A DNA stretch of 20,000 bases from an uncultured virus (IMG/VR IMGVR_UViG_3300033074_001078) (Duplodnaviria; Heunggongvirae; Uroviricota; Caudoviricetes). How positions within the stretch are numbered: position 1 is the stretch's first letter; each line of letters starts with the position of its first letter. The notes below the pieces were generated by a model. That model saw only the letters and a list, made by a program, of their open reading frames with translations, searched no databases and was not told the DNA's origin. Positions 6,726 through 14,426 of this stretch are shown piece by piece. The DNA is taken from IMG/VR virus record IMGVR_UViG_3300033074_001078; one strand, written 5' to 3'. The position numbers and the translations under genes are program-made.

Positions 6726-8320
6726 TTCGGCCTCCTACGTTTACTCACCCGCTTCTTTGCGGCTGGAGGTTTCACCTTAGCAGGCTTTTTCTTTGGCGCA
6801 CCACCCTCATCTTCATCTGAAGGTACTTCGCCGTCCTCGTTACTATCGTCTGGTTCGTTGTCGTCCGTGACGTCTTCAGGGTTGGTGTTGGGATCTAGCT
6901 CAGGAGGCACATCACCAGGGAGCGGACCGAACTCGTCGCGAAGTTCCTGTTGCTGCACCATCACCTCGTCGAGCTTGGGTTGACGACTCAAGCCGAGCAA
7001 GCCGCGCACCTCGTCAATCGCCGGGTCATCCGGGGTAAGCGGCGCACCAGCCGTTGACAGATCAACCAGTGCAGCGGTCACCTGCTCAACGTCGCGGTAC
7101 TGTATAGCATCCGTCTTAAACGTCGGGCAGAAGCGTTCTTCGATACCATTGAGCCGTAGCAAGGGCTTCGCGTAGTCAGCCTCGTAAACTTCGGCCAGCT
7201 CACCTAGAGCCGATTCGACCAGCAACCCAAATGAGTGTGACTTATCGCGGCTGAGCGCTTGGCTTCCTTGACCATTGCCCAAGAGCAAGCCTTCAACACC
7301 TAGCACGCGCGCGATCTCACGGTTCAAGCGTTCAATGGCTGCGGCCATTTCGGCTTGCGACGTAACGCTGGCGTTGAGCAGCTCCAGGCCGAAGTGACGG
7401 TTGGGTGAAGGCGTGCGGTCATCATTGTCAGTGCGATAAACGCCTGAGTCAATCACGATTGCGCGTTGCGGCGTCTTGTAATGGGCGCGCGCAAAGTTGA
7501 CGATGTCCTCGGTTGCCTTGGTCGCTTCAGCATCGGTGAGGAGGCCCATTCCCTTGAGCCTGTTGATCTCGGCAAACGGCGCGGTCGCAACGAGGTTGCC
7601 GCGCAAGTCACCCTCAAAGCCATAGCCCTCCAGCGTCTCGAACGCTGACAGGCGGCTAACGTGCTTGACGACGTGACGTAGCAGGCCGACGCCTTCTGGT
7701 GACGATGAAAGCGTGTCGTCGAGCGCATAGATGAGCTTCGTGCGCGGGATGTAAGCCTCACGCGACATCATGCCGTGCGTTTCCTGCCACACGCCCTTGA
7801 CAGTACCGCCTTCATCCAGGTCCCATTTACTGATCGTGTGCTGCGGCCTGGATTCAACGTCGAGGATGCCGATAGCACCGTCCTCGCGGCGCTTGGCGGT
7901 CCACTCTTGCAGGCTGAAGCCATACAGGCGATAGATCGCCGCCTTGCGGATGACGCGCGTCCAAGGCGTGGTCATGTCATACATGCACGCTTCAACCAGC
8001 TCGGCGGCTTCCTCAGCGCGGGCTTGGTCACCAGCGTCTTCCATCTCCGCCGGTTCCACTTTCCAGTTTGGCTTGGACACGAGGTTGAGGAAATAGCGCA
8101 CACCAGACGCGACGATGCTGGTGTTGAGCATGGTGTTGTAGAACGTGGTGTAGCGCTGCGAGCCTTGAAGCTCCGGCGCACGCTCGCCGTCACCGGCATA
8201 GTTGCCACCCCACGACGACAGGCCGGTTGAGCCAATCGTCTTGAACGCGCTCGCCTTGGCAATATCATCAGCCGTCGGAACCGGGGCTGGTGTTTTCTTG
8301 CGCGCCGCTGCCATGCTCAA
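6722..8320 (-). CDS. Phage portal protein (Mu gp29/DUF935-like)
   Basis: Directly downstream of terL. YGFS..E, SPEG.GLLR and I.R.N.EIAR motifs. Acidic then basic disordered C-terminal tail. ATG at 8314 is an alternative start. Confidence 0.85.
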   Translation of the reverse strand: MSMAAARKKTPAPVPTADDIAKASAFKTIGSTGLSSWGGNYAGDGERAPELQGSQRYTTFYNTMLNTSIVASGVRYFLNLVSKPNWKVEPAEMEDAGDQARAEEAAELVEACMYDMTTPWTRVIRKAAIYRLYGFSLQEWTAKRREDGAIGILDVESRPQHTISKWDLDEGGTVKGVWQETHGMMSREAYIPRTKLIYALDDTLSSSPEGVGLLRHVVKHVSRLSAFETLEGYGFEGDLRGNLVATAPFAEINRLKGMGLLTDAEATKATEDIVNFARAHYKTPQRAIVIDSGVYRTDNDDRTPSPNRHFGLELLNASVTSQAEMAAAIERLNREIARVLGVEGLLLGNGQGSQALSRDKSHSFGLLVESALGELAEVYEADYAKPLLRLNGIEERFCPTFKTDAIQYRDVEQVTAALVDLSTAGAPLTPDDPAIDEVRGLLGLSRQPKLDEVMVQQQELRDEFGPLPGDVPPELDPNTNPEDVTDDNEPDDSNEDGEVPSDEDEGGAPKKKPAKVKPPAAKKRVSKRRRPK

Positions 8321-8326
8321 CCCCTG

Positions 8327-10069
8327 TTAGGACACTGCACTCTCAGGGATGGATACACCACCGCCGATCGAAACTGGACCCTGCTTCATTTTGAGGAGCT
8401 CGGTGTAAGCCCTCGTCGATGCGTCAACTTGATCCTTGAAACCTCGTGGGAAGGTTTCAAGTTCGGCTAAATAATCCGCATTCCAGTCGCCCTCAACAAG
8501 GAAAACATTTCCAGCTTCCACTTGTGACACGAGCGGGATTGCTCTGTCTTCCTTGCTGCCCGACTCGGGGCTAAAGCGCACGTCGAACCCATGCAAGAGC
8601 TTCGCATAGCTCAGCACTTGCGCCACGCCTGCTTGACCAGGGTCTTGCGGGATGCTGATACGCACACGCTGACCGTCTTGCGTTGCCGTGTTCTTGATGA
8701 GCGTTTCGACATCGGCTGGACCTATGCGCTTGCGGCTGACGTGCATGATGTAGATTGCACCGTCCACCAGTCGCATACGAACGCCGCTTGTGTAAGCACC
8801 ACCAGTCGTCTTCGCTTGGCCAGCCTTGGCCTTGGTTGCGGCCAAGTCGTAACCGCGCACGTCGCGGCCTCCAACCGGCGCGACCTTGACGATGCTGATT
8901 TTGCTGATGTCAAACATACCACCGCCGCGCGGCGAAGGGCGCTGTTGGAACTGACCCGCCGCAGCGTATTCGCCAAGCACCTTCTTATCACGTTCGACCA
9001 CCTCCTCGGTGAAGCGGTCGGGCCATAGCAGTTCGCCTTCGGCATAGCGAATGTCCTGCGGATACAGGAAGCGCGCTCCTTCGTCGTCTGGCGTGCATTG
9101 CCGCCACTGCCCTTGCTGCCACCCTTCAGCCTCGACCGGGTCAGCAGGCTTCTTCTGCGTGACCCAAGCAGGCTCCGACTCCCGCGTCTTAGGCTTGAGC
9201 TTGGTGTAGCTGATACGCTTCGGCTCGAACTCCATCGGCAAGTTGAGGTGCTCATAGCCGAGGTCGCGCGTAAGTATGAGGCCGCTGATGTCGTGTTGAT
9301 GCACGCGCTGCATGATGACCACGATGCTGCTCTTCGCAGGGTCGCTCATGCGGGTTGGTAGCGTTTCGGTAAAGAACAACCGCGCCTCTTCGCGCTTGGC
9401 TTCCGACTCTGCTTCCTTCACCGAGTGAGGGTCATCGAGTACGACACGGTCACCGCGCCAGCCGGTGCTTGAGCCACCAATGGACGTTGCAAGACGATAG
9501 CCGCTGTGGTCGTTGTCGAACTTCACCTTGGCGTTCTGGTCACCAGACAGCTGGAACTGATCGCCCCATAAGCGGCGATATCCAGGCGACTCAAGTAGCT
9601 GGCGCGCGCGCCGGTTGTCACGGATGGTGAGGTCAGCGTTGTAACTGAAGAACAGGTAGCGCAACGCTGGAAGGTTGAGCGGACCCCATTCCCATGAAGG
9701 CCAGAAGACGCATGTGGTGAGCGACTTCATAAAGCCTGGAGGCACGTTCATCAGCAGGCGTGGGATTTCGCCGCGTGACACTGCTTCAAGGTGCTCGCAT
9801 ATTGCTTCGATGTGCCAACCACCAACGAACGGTCGCCCCGGTTCAAGCACGCTCCACGCGAACTGAACAAAGTAGTAGAGGCTCAGCTTGGAGCGGCCTT
9901 TGCGTGCGTCATCAAGCGCTTTAACCCGCGCTTCAACGCTATGCTCAAGCCCGTTGATTTGATCAGTGCGATGCGGGTTGATGTGTCGATACTTGTCAAG
10001 CAAGGCTTGTTCCTGCGGCGTAGGGCCGGGAATATCGAACGCGTCACCGCCTATACCACCGATAGCCAT
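8327..10069 (-). CDS. terL: Terminase large subunit
   Basis: Walker A-like NVPPGFMKS, Walker B VVLDDPH, IVVIMQR.H coupling motif, and RNase-H-like nuclease motifs RGYDLA and KDQVDA. Confidence 0.95.
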   Translation of the reverse strand: MAIGGIGGDAFDIPGPTPQEQALLDKYRHINPHRTDQINGLEHSVEARVKALDDARKGRSKLSLYYFVQFAWSVLEPGRPFVGGWHIEAICEHLEAVSRGEIPRLLMNVPPGFMKSLTTCVFWPSWEWGPLNLPALRYLFFSYNADLTIRDNRRARQLLESPGYRRLWGDQFQLSGDQNAKVKFDNDHSGYRLATSIGGSSTGWRGDRVVLDDPHSVKEAESEAKREEARLFFTETLPTRMSDPAKSSIVVIMQRVHQHDISGLILTRDLGYEHLNLPMEFEPKRISYTKLKPKTRESEPAWVTQKKPADPVEAEGWQQGQWRQCTPDDEGARFLYPQDIRYAEGELLWPDRFTEEVVERDKKVLGEYAAAGQFQQRPSPRGGGMFDISKISIVKVAPVGGRDVRGYDLAATKAKAGQAKTTGGAYTSGVRMRLVDGAIYIMHVSRKRIGPADVETLIKNTATQDGQRVRISIPQDPGQAGVAQVLSYAKLLHGFDVRFSPESGSKEDRAIPLVSQVEAGNVFLVEGDWNADYLAELETFPRGFKDQVDASTRAYTELLKMKQGPVSIGGGVSIPESAVS

Positions 10070-10896
10070 CAGTCGTCGTCGCCTTTGTCATGTTCTTGCG
10101 TGTCGAAGTACTTGACGTCAGCGGCTTGGCGCTTGGTCTCAAGCTCCATCGCGCTGAACAACGGTTCCCCATCGAACGGCTCAAGTTCTTTGGCCAGCGC
10201 GGCTTCTTCAGCGTTCACTTCGGCCTGCGCTTCAAGCAGCAACGGCGCTCGCTCATGTGGCGCAAGTGTTGGTCCACCAGGAAGCGACGTGCGCCGCGCC
10301 GTCACCAACGCGGGGACTTCTTCTAGCGACATATCCGGTGGACTGTCCACTTGACTGGCGAGCAGGCGTTCCAGGTCAGCAAGACCTTTGTCATCACCAC
10401 TATTGGTGAGGTTCACAATCATCGTGTTGATCAACGTGTTGTTACCAGCGCCGCCAGCGAGCGCCGAGCCGTCTGGATTTTGAACCGTCACCGTGCTGGT
10501 GCTGGCGCTGTACTCAGGGTCATGCTTCTTAGCCCAGAGCTCAAGAAGCCGATCGGAGTAACGGCGAATCGTCCCTACCTTGCCGCCCTTGAAGAACACC
10601 GGCTCTTCCCATCCGTGGATTGCACGTTGCTCAACAGCACGGTTCACCACGAAATCACGGTAGATAGCGCGCGCCTCTTGCATCTCTTGACGGAAGACGG
10701 GGTAGAGGGCGGCATAGTGATCGACCGTGGTCGAGGTCAACCCAACAGAAAGCGCGGCTTCAGTGGGACGACCGGTTTCTGCTAGAACCTTGAGGAAAGC
10801 ACGGCGCACCTCAGGGCTGTCTAGTTTGCTGTTGCGCTTATGCATGACACTGAATGCGCCGCGCGGGACAATGGGTTGTGGTTTCTCGTCCATCAT
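10069..10896 (-). CDS. terS: Terminase small subunit
   Basis: HTH-like FLKVLAETG..TEAALSVG, then RAI.GWEEPVF.KG..VGT.RRYSD.LL. TGATG coupling to terL. Start placed at ATG 10896/10893 rather than the TTG at 11022. Confidence 0.8.
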   Translation of the reverse strand: MMDEKPQPIVPRGAFSVMHKRNSKLDSPEVRRAFLKVLAETGRPTEAALSVGLTSTTVDHYAALYPVFRQEMQEARAIYRDFVVNRAVEQRAIHGWEEPVFFKGGKVGTIRRYSDRLLELWAKKHDPEYSASTSTVTVQNPDGSALAGGAGNNTLINTMIVNLTNSGDDKGLADLERLLASQVDSPPDMSLEEVPALVTARRTSLPGGPTLAPHERAPLLLEAQAEVNAEEAALAKELEPFDGEPLFSAMELETKRQAADVKYFDTQEHDKGDDD

Positions 10897-11051
10897 TTCT
10901 TCCGTGCGCGCGTAGTTCTTCAAGGCATGTGCGCGACGTGAGCCTCCATAATGCAGCCCAAAGCAGAATGAAAGCACTTGTGCTCCCAGCCGGTGCTGAA
11001 GTAGGAGGGACTCGCTGCCCAAGCTACGCGCTCAGCGCACCGCCCCGGTCA

Positions 11052-11340
11052 GTGTGTCAACGTGTCAACCTTCGACACGTTCCAAATCCAAGGTTGACAC
11101 CGAGGTTGACACACACAAGGGTTTGATAAGCGGGTCGCAACGTCACCCAAGTGTCAACCTGTCAACCTTTTGCGACGCCTGAGATCGCCACGGCCATTTA
11201 CTTTCCGTTTTACTTTTAATCTTAAATAGAAAAAGAGGTTGACAGGTTGACACAACACTTGTGAACCGTCGAAAATACGACCAAAAAGGTTGACACTGAA
11301 GGTTGACACAGCACCGAAAAAGGTTGACAGGTTGACACAA
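11052..11340. repeat. Array of 12 (A)GGTTGACA(C)-type repeats in both orientations around an AT-rich core; putative replication origin or packaging-initiation site
   Basis: TGTCAAC at 11055, 11063, 11152, 11160. GTTGACA at 11093, 11105, 11238, 11246, 11289, 11302, 11323, 11331. 11196-11235 has 8 G+C in 40 nt. Confidence 0.85.
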
Positions 11341-11344
11341 CTCT

Positions 11345-11424
11345 TCGATCATAAAGCGTATCTTTTCGTTAATGACTGTCTTTATGATCGAGGACTTCCC
11401 TCAAGTGTAATGCAGCGTTACACT
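11345..11424. promoter_or_regulatory. Two palindromic operator-like / hairpin elements upstream of the plus-strand island
   Basis: tcgatcataaag (11345-11356) / ctttatgatcga (11380-11391), and agtgtaa-N7-ttacact (11404-11424). Confidence 0.5.
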
Positions 11425-11529
11425 CACAAATCTGCGCCGATGTAAGCGGAGCGCGGAGAATCCAGCCTTGCGGCGTACCCTCTTGGGCTGTTACCGAGTG
11501 AGCTGTACTGCCACGGCAAGGAGCCAACC

Positions 11530-12030
11530 ATGTTCGACAAGAACATCCATATCCACATGCCGGGGTCCGCCGCTGCGGCGGAGGAAGTGCTTAAAGCCAT
11601 CAAGGAGGCAAGAACCGAAATGTCAGAAGCGATGAACGCCATGCGACGCGAAGTCGCAGAGAGCCGCACCGTTACCGAATCAGCCTTGACGGCATTCACC
11701 GGGATCACCAGCCGTCTGCAAACGGCGCTTGACAGCCTTGCCGCTAGGGGTATCGAGGAAGCCGAGCTGACCAGCCTTGCCGCTGATCTGAACCAACAGC
11801 AAGAGCTCCTCGCGGCGGCGGTTGCCGCTGGCACATACGCCGATCCGGCCGCACCAGCACCAGCACCGGAGCCGCCGCTGCCCGCGCCTGAGGTGATCGT
11901 CCAGCCGTTGCCGGACCCAATCACCGGCGAGGGTGGAACGAGCGGTGAAGGCGGCGCACCAGCCCCGGCCGAAGAGCCGGCTCCAATCGTCGAACCAGCG
12001 CCGGACCCAAACAACCCGCCGCAGACGTAA
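11530..12030 (+). CDS. Hypothetical coiled-coil protein with Pro/Glu-rich disordered tail
   Basis: AAGGAG SD. IHIH N-terminus, heptad Ala/Leu helices and PAPAPEPP tail. Confidence 0.8.
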   Translation: MFDKNIHIHMPGSAAAAEEVLKAIKEARTEMSEAMNAMRREVAESRTVTESALTAFTGITSRLQTALDSLAARGIEEAELTSLAADLNQQQELLAAAVAAGTYADPAAPAPAPEPPLPAPEVIVQPLPDPITGEGGTSGEGGAPAPAEEPAPIVEPAPDPNNPPQT

Positions 12031-12063
12031 AGCCCGCGCCGCAAAGCACGTTAGGAGCAGCGC

Positions 12064-12264
12064 ATGAAGCCGCCAGGATACGACGCTCACATTGCCGCCT
12101 TGGTTGCAGCCTTCCCGGTTGCAGCGTTCACACGTGAACAGGCGGCAACGAACCGGAGCATCCGTGTTGGTGAGGCCGACCGTGTGCTGCGCTTTGCTGT
12201 GAAGGCCGGAACTCTCAAGCGTCCAACACCTAAAGCCGGGGTGCGTAAATGGCTCAAGGTCTAG
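12064..12264 (+). CDS. Small basic protein, possible winged-HTH DNA-binding protein
   Basis: AGGAG SD. FTREQAA...VGEADRVLRFAVKAGTLKR pattern resembles a wHTH recognition helix plus wing. Confidence 0.6.
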   Translation: MKPPGYDAHIAALVAAFPVAAFTREQAATNRSIRVGEADRVLRFAVKAGTLKRPTPKAGVRKWLKV

Positions 12265-12369
12265 TATGAACAAAGCCCTTGCGCTCACTTAAGGCGAACG
12301 GGCAAAGGGTGTTCGCGCATGGTTCTAGGCCTCCGGGCTGAAATCCCAAGCGTTCCTTCCCAATGACTG

Positions 12370-12405
12370 AAGCCCCGGCCCTCAAAGCCGGGGCTTTTTC
12401 CTTTT
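12370..12405 (+). terminator. Rho-independent terminator for the plus-strand island
   Basis: aagccccggc / gccggggctt stem followed by TTTTTCCTTTT. Confidence 0.85.
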
Positions 12406-12638
12406 GACGGGCGGCTCTTGCCGCCCGCGCGCTCTTGCGCGCGGCAACCTCCAACCAACGTACCTAAAGGCTGGTGACCGACTCGCCAGGATCGCTCAGG
12501 GGAGTGGATGCGAGGGGAGGGTGCTACCCAAGCACCCCTAAAGGTTCAGCCCCGCGCTGCGGGGCGCGGGGCTGATGCTTAGGCCGGAGTTACTAGCGGG
12601 GGCTGGTGGGGACGCCCCGACCTTTGCCGGTGCTGCAC

Positions 12639-12899
12639 TTAGCCTTGAGCCAAGGCCAGACACACCACCAAGATCAACGCTACCACGCCAGCGCCAATGA
12701 GCAACCGGTTTTCGGTAGCAATCTCTCGTTGCCGCTTTTCCATCAGCTCGTCGTAACGATTCTGACCTTCGATCTGTTCTTTCCGTGAGAGCGGCGGCTT
12801 GGGACATCCACCGCTGTATCCATGGTACTTGAACATCTGTTCACCTTCAGGCATTGGCTCGCCGCAGAGCTGGCATCGTGACTCGTTCTTTGCCATCAC
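12639..12899 (-). CDS. Hypothetical protein with Cys/His motif and C-terminal membrane anchor
   Basis: CQLCGEPM...YHGYSGGCPKPP motif and hydrophobic LLIGAGVVALILVVCLALA. GTGA overlap with the upstream gene. Confidence 0.7.
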   Translation of the reverse strand: MMAKNESRCQLCGEPMPEGEQMFKYHGYSGGCPKPPLSRKEQIEGQNRYDELMEKRQREIATENRLLIGAGVVALILVVCLALAQG

Positions 12900-13162
12900 G
12901 CGCTCCCTTGGGTTTTCATCAACTCGCGCACGGCTTCGTCATTGCCGCGCTCGATGTTGGTCGCCACGATTTGCATCGCCCGTTGCTGACTCATCGTTTG
13001 CTGGTCCTGCAACGCGATGAGCTTGCCAACCATGTTCGCGGCGATTGCCAGCATTTCAGGCGCGGTGACAGTATCACCATGACGGCGAACCAGCGTGATG
13101 AGCTCATGGTAAAGAACCTTATGTTCTTCCTTCGCTTCAACAACAGTCTTCTTCAGCTTCAT
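12896..13162 (-). CDS. Hypothetical phage protein (88 aa)
   Basis: ATGA overlap at 13159-13162. Helical protein sequence. Confidence 0.7.
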   Translation of the reverse strand: MKLKKTVVEAKEEHKVLYHELITLVRRHGDTVTAPEMLAIAANMVGKLIALQDQQTMSQQRAMQIVATNIERGNDEAVRELMKTQGSA

Positions 13163-13542
13163 GGCTTTGCATCCTCTGCAGTCGGTTCCCAATACACGTC
13201 GCTCTTCTGCATACCACCAGGGCGCTCGCCAAGTATAACGCGCACGTCAACGATGGAACCGTTCACCAGCGTGTCCCAATGCTCCTCAATAAAGGCGTGC
13301 GCCGTTTTCATGGTGCGGTCGTTCCAGTCGTATGGGTCAGCGGTGAATTGCCCACCTTCGAGCCGACCGAACAGCACCGTGTTCGCCGCGTGCAGAGCGT
13401 CGAAGCCGCTCTTGCCAAGCAAGAACGACAGCTGAAAGCCATCGTAACCACCTTGACCCTCGTCAAGCGGCATACCGGGGCGAATGGCCAGCGCTGCAAT
13501 GCACGTCGCGCGGTCCTGCACTTCAATCAGCTTTACTTGCAT
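13159..13542 (-). CDS. Hypothetical phage protein (127 aa)
   Basis: GAGGAAGG SD before ATG 13542. DPYDW..RTM..AH.FIEEHWD.L..G.IVDV motif. Confidence 0.75.
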   Translation of the reverse strand: MQVKLIEVQDRATCIAALAIRPGMPLDEGQGGYDGFQLSFLLGKSGFDALHAANTVLFGRLEGGQFTADPYDWNDRTMKTAHAFIEEHWDTLVNGSIVDVRVILGERPGGMQKSDVYWEPTAEDAKP

Positions 13543-13636
13543 GTTCTGTTCCTTCCTCAATGAAATCCTTGTCGATGCAGTTCGGGCAATAGTCGCGGCC
13601 CTTCACGCACGCCTCGCAGCATTGTTCATCGTTCAT
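13523..13636 (-). CDS. Cys-rich microprotein (37 aa), two CxxC motifs
   Basis: Not in ORF track. ATGA overlap with the cytidylyltransferase stop. MNDEQCCEACVKGRDYCPNCIDKDFIEEGTEHASKAD. Confidence 0.6.
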   Translation of the reverse strand: MNDEQCCEACVKGRDYCPNCIDKDFIEEGTEHASKAD

Positions 13637-14091
13637 TTGAAACCAGCCTTGATGAGCGCATTGATATATTCGCTTGACGTAACCAAGTGCGACGACGACT
13701 GCACCTTGCCGCCACCTACGCCATACGCCACTTCGATTCCGCGCTGCTTACAAACGAAAGCTTCAGGTATCGGCACGTCATCAGGGCTACGATCACCACC
13801 GTTGGCGAAGATGTCGGGGAGGAGCATGTTGAGTTCCTTGCACACGCTCATATCGGTAGGCTCTTTCGAGTGCAGGCTTAGGAACACCTTATCGACCACG
13901 TCGATCGCCTCTATGATTTCAACCCGCTCGTCCTCTGACATGAAGACCCATCCCTTCTTCTGCCTGAGCCAGTTATCGTTATTGACGACGACGATCAGCC
14001 TGTCACCAAGCGCCCGCGCTGCTTGTAGAAGCCGCACATGCCCAACGTGAAGCGGGTCAAAGCCGCCTGACACCATGACCGTCTTACTCAC
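13633..14091 (-). CDS. Cytidylyltransferase/adenylyltransferase-family nucleotidyltransferase (TagD/RfaE-II/RibL-like)
   Basis: SGGFDPLHVGH (HxGH), GD.LIV.VN.D, ER.EII.AI..VD.V, NGGDR and K.QSSS motifs. GTGA overlap at 14088-14091. Confidence 0.9.
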   Translation of the reverse strand: MSKTVMVSGGFDPLHVGHVRLLQAARALGDRLIVVVNNDNWLRQKKGWVFMSEDERVEIIEAIDVVDKVFLSLHSKEPTDMSVCKELNMLLPDIFANGGDRSPDDVPIPEAFVCKQRGIEVAYGVGGGKVQSSSHLVTSSEYINALIKAGFK

Positions 14092-14426
14092 GTTACAATT
14101 CCTTCCAGCTTCGACTCTTCGATACGCAACCACGTTTCCCGCGCTTGGGCTTCTTGCTGTTGTGCTGCGAGCTGCATGAACTCCGACATGACAAGCAACA
14201 GTTCGATCGCCTTCGCCAGCTGGAACGCCACCAGCGCCAGCATGATGAAGAGCAACAGCACCGCCGCTAACAGGTAGTCAGCCGAAACAACGGCCTCCAC
14301 CGCCATCCAGGTAGCGACGGCCGTCACAACGAACGTGAGCGCAGTGCCAGCCGTGCGCCAGCTCAGCTCGATTTCAATGGTCCAGTCAGACCAGCCAAGG
14401 AAGCTGTCGGTCTTGTGAAGCTTCAC
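14088..14426 (-). CDS. Two-TM membrane protein, holin candidate
   Basis: Two hydrophobic segments and a charged C-terminus. GTGA-coupled directly to the endolysin stop. Confidence 0.5.
   Translation of the reverse strand: MKLHKTDSFLGWSDWTIEIELSWRTAGTALTFVVTAVATWMAVEAVVSADYLLAAVLLLFIMLALVAFQLAKAIELLLVMSEFMQLAAQQQEAQARETWLRIEESKLEGIVT

Noticed and set aside
6722..6795. Eukaryotic NLS-like PKKK/KRRR motif in the portal tail
   Set aside because: Expected by chance in a basic low-complexity tail, and there is no eukaryotic context.
9050..9230. Possible intein or intron in terL
   Set aside because: The apparent insert is only about 40-50 aa, has no intein C-terminal HN-[CST] motif and keeps the frame open; probably a variable loop.
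10897..11022. N-terminal 42-aa extension of TerS from TTG 11022
   Set aside because: The sequence does not look protein-like, and ATG 10896/10893 with a purine-rich upstream region fits better.
11052..11340. Mini-CRISPR array or transposon ends
   Set aside because: Repeats are only 7-18 bp, occur in both orientations with irregular spacing, and no transposase or cas gene is present.
11143..11352. 69-aa minus-strand ORF with CQP/VNL repeats
   Set aside because: Simply the translation of the DNA repeat array; no clear SD.
11406..11422. Match to GlnR/TnrA box TGTNA-N7-TNACA
   Set aside because: Those regulators are from Firmicutes, whereas GC content and gene families point to a proteobacterial phage; kept only as a generic palindrome.
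11424..12288. Minus-strand ORFs 11424..12044 and 11680..12288
   Set aside because: Antisense shadows of the plus-strand genes, which have strong SDs and a terminator.
12296..12345. Resemblance to c-di-GMP-I riboswitch words (GGGCAAA...GCCTCCGG)
   Set aside because: The GNRA-capped P2 stem and GACGCAAA junction are missing, and it lies 3' of a gene.
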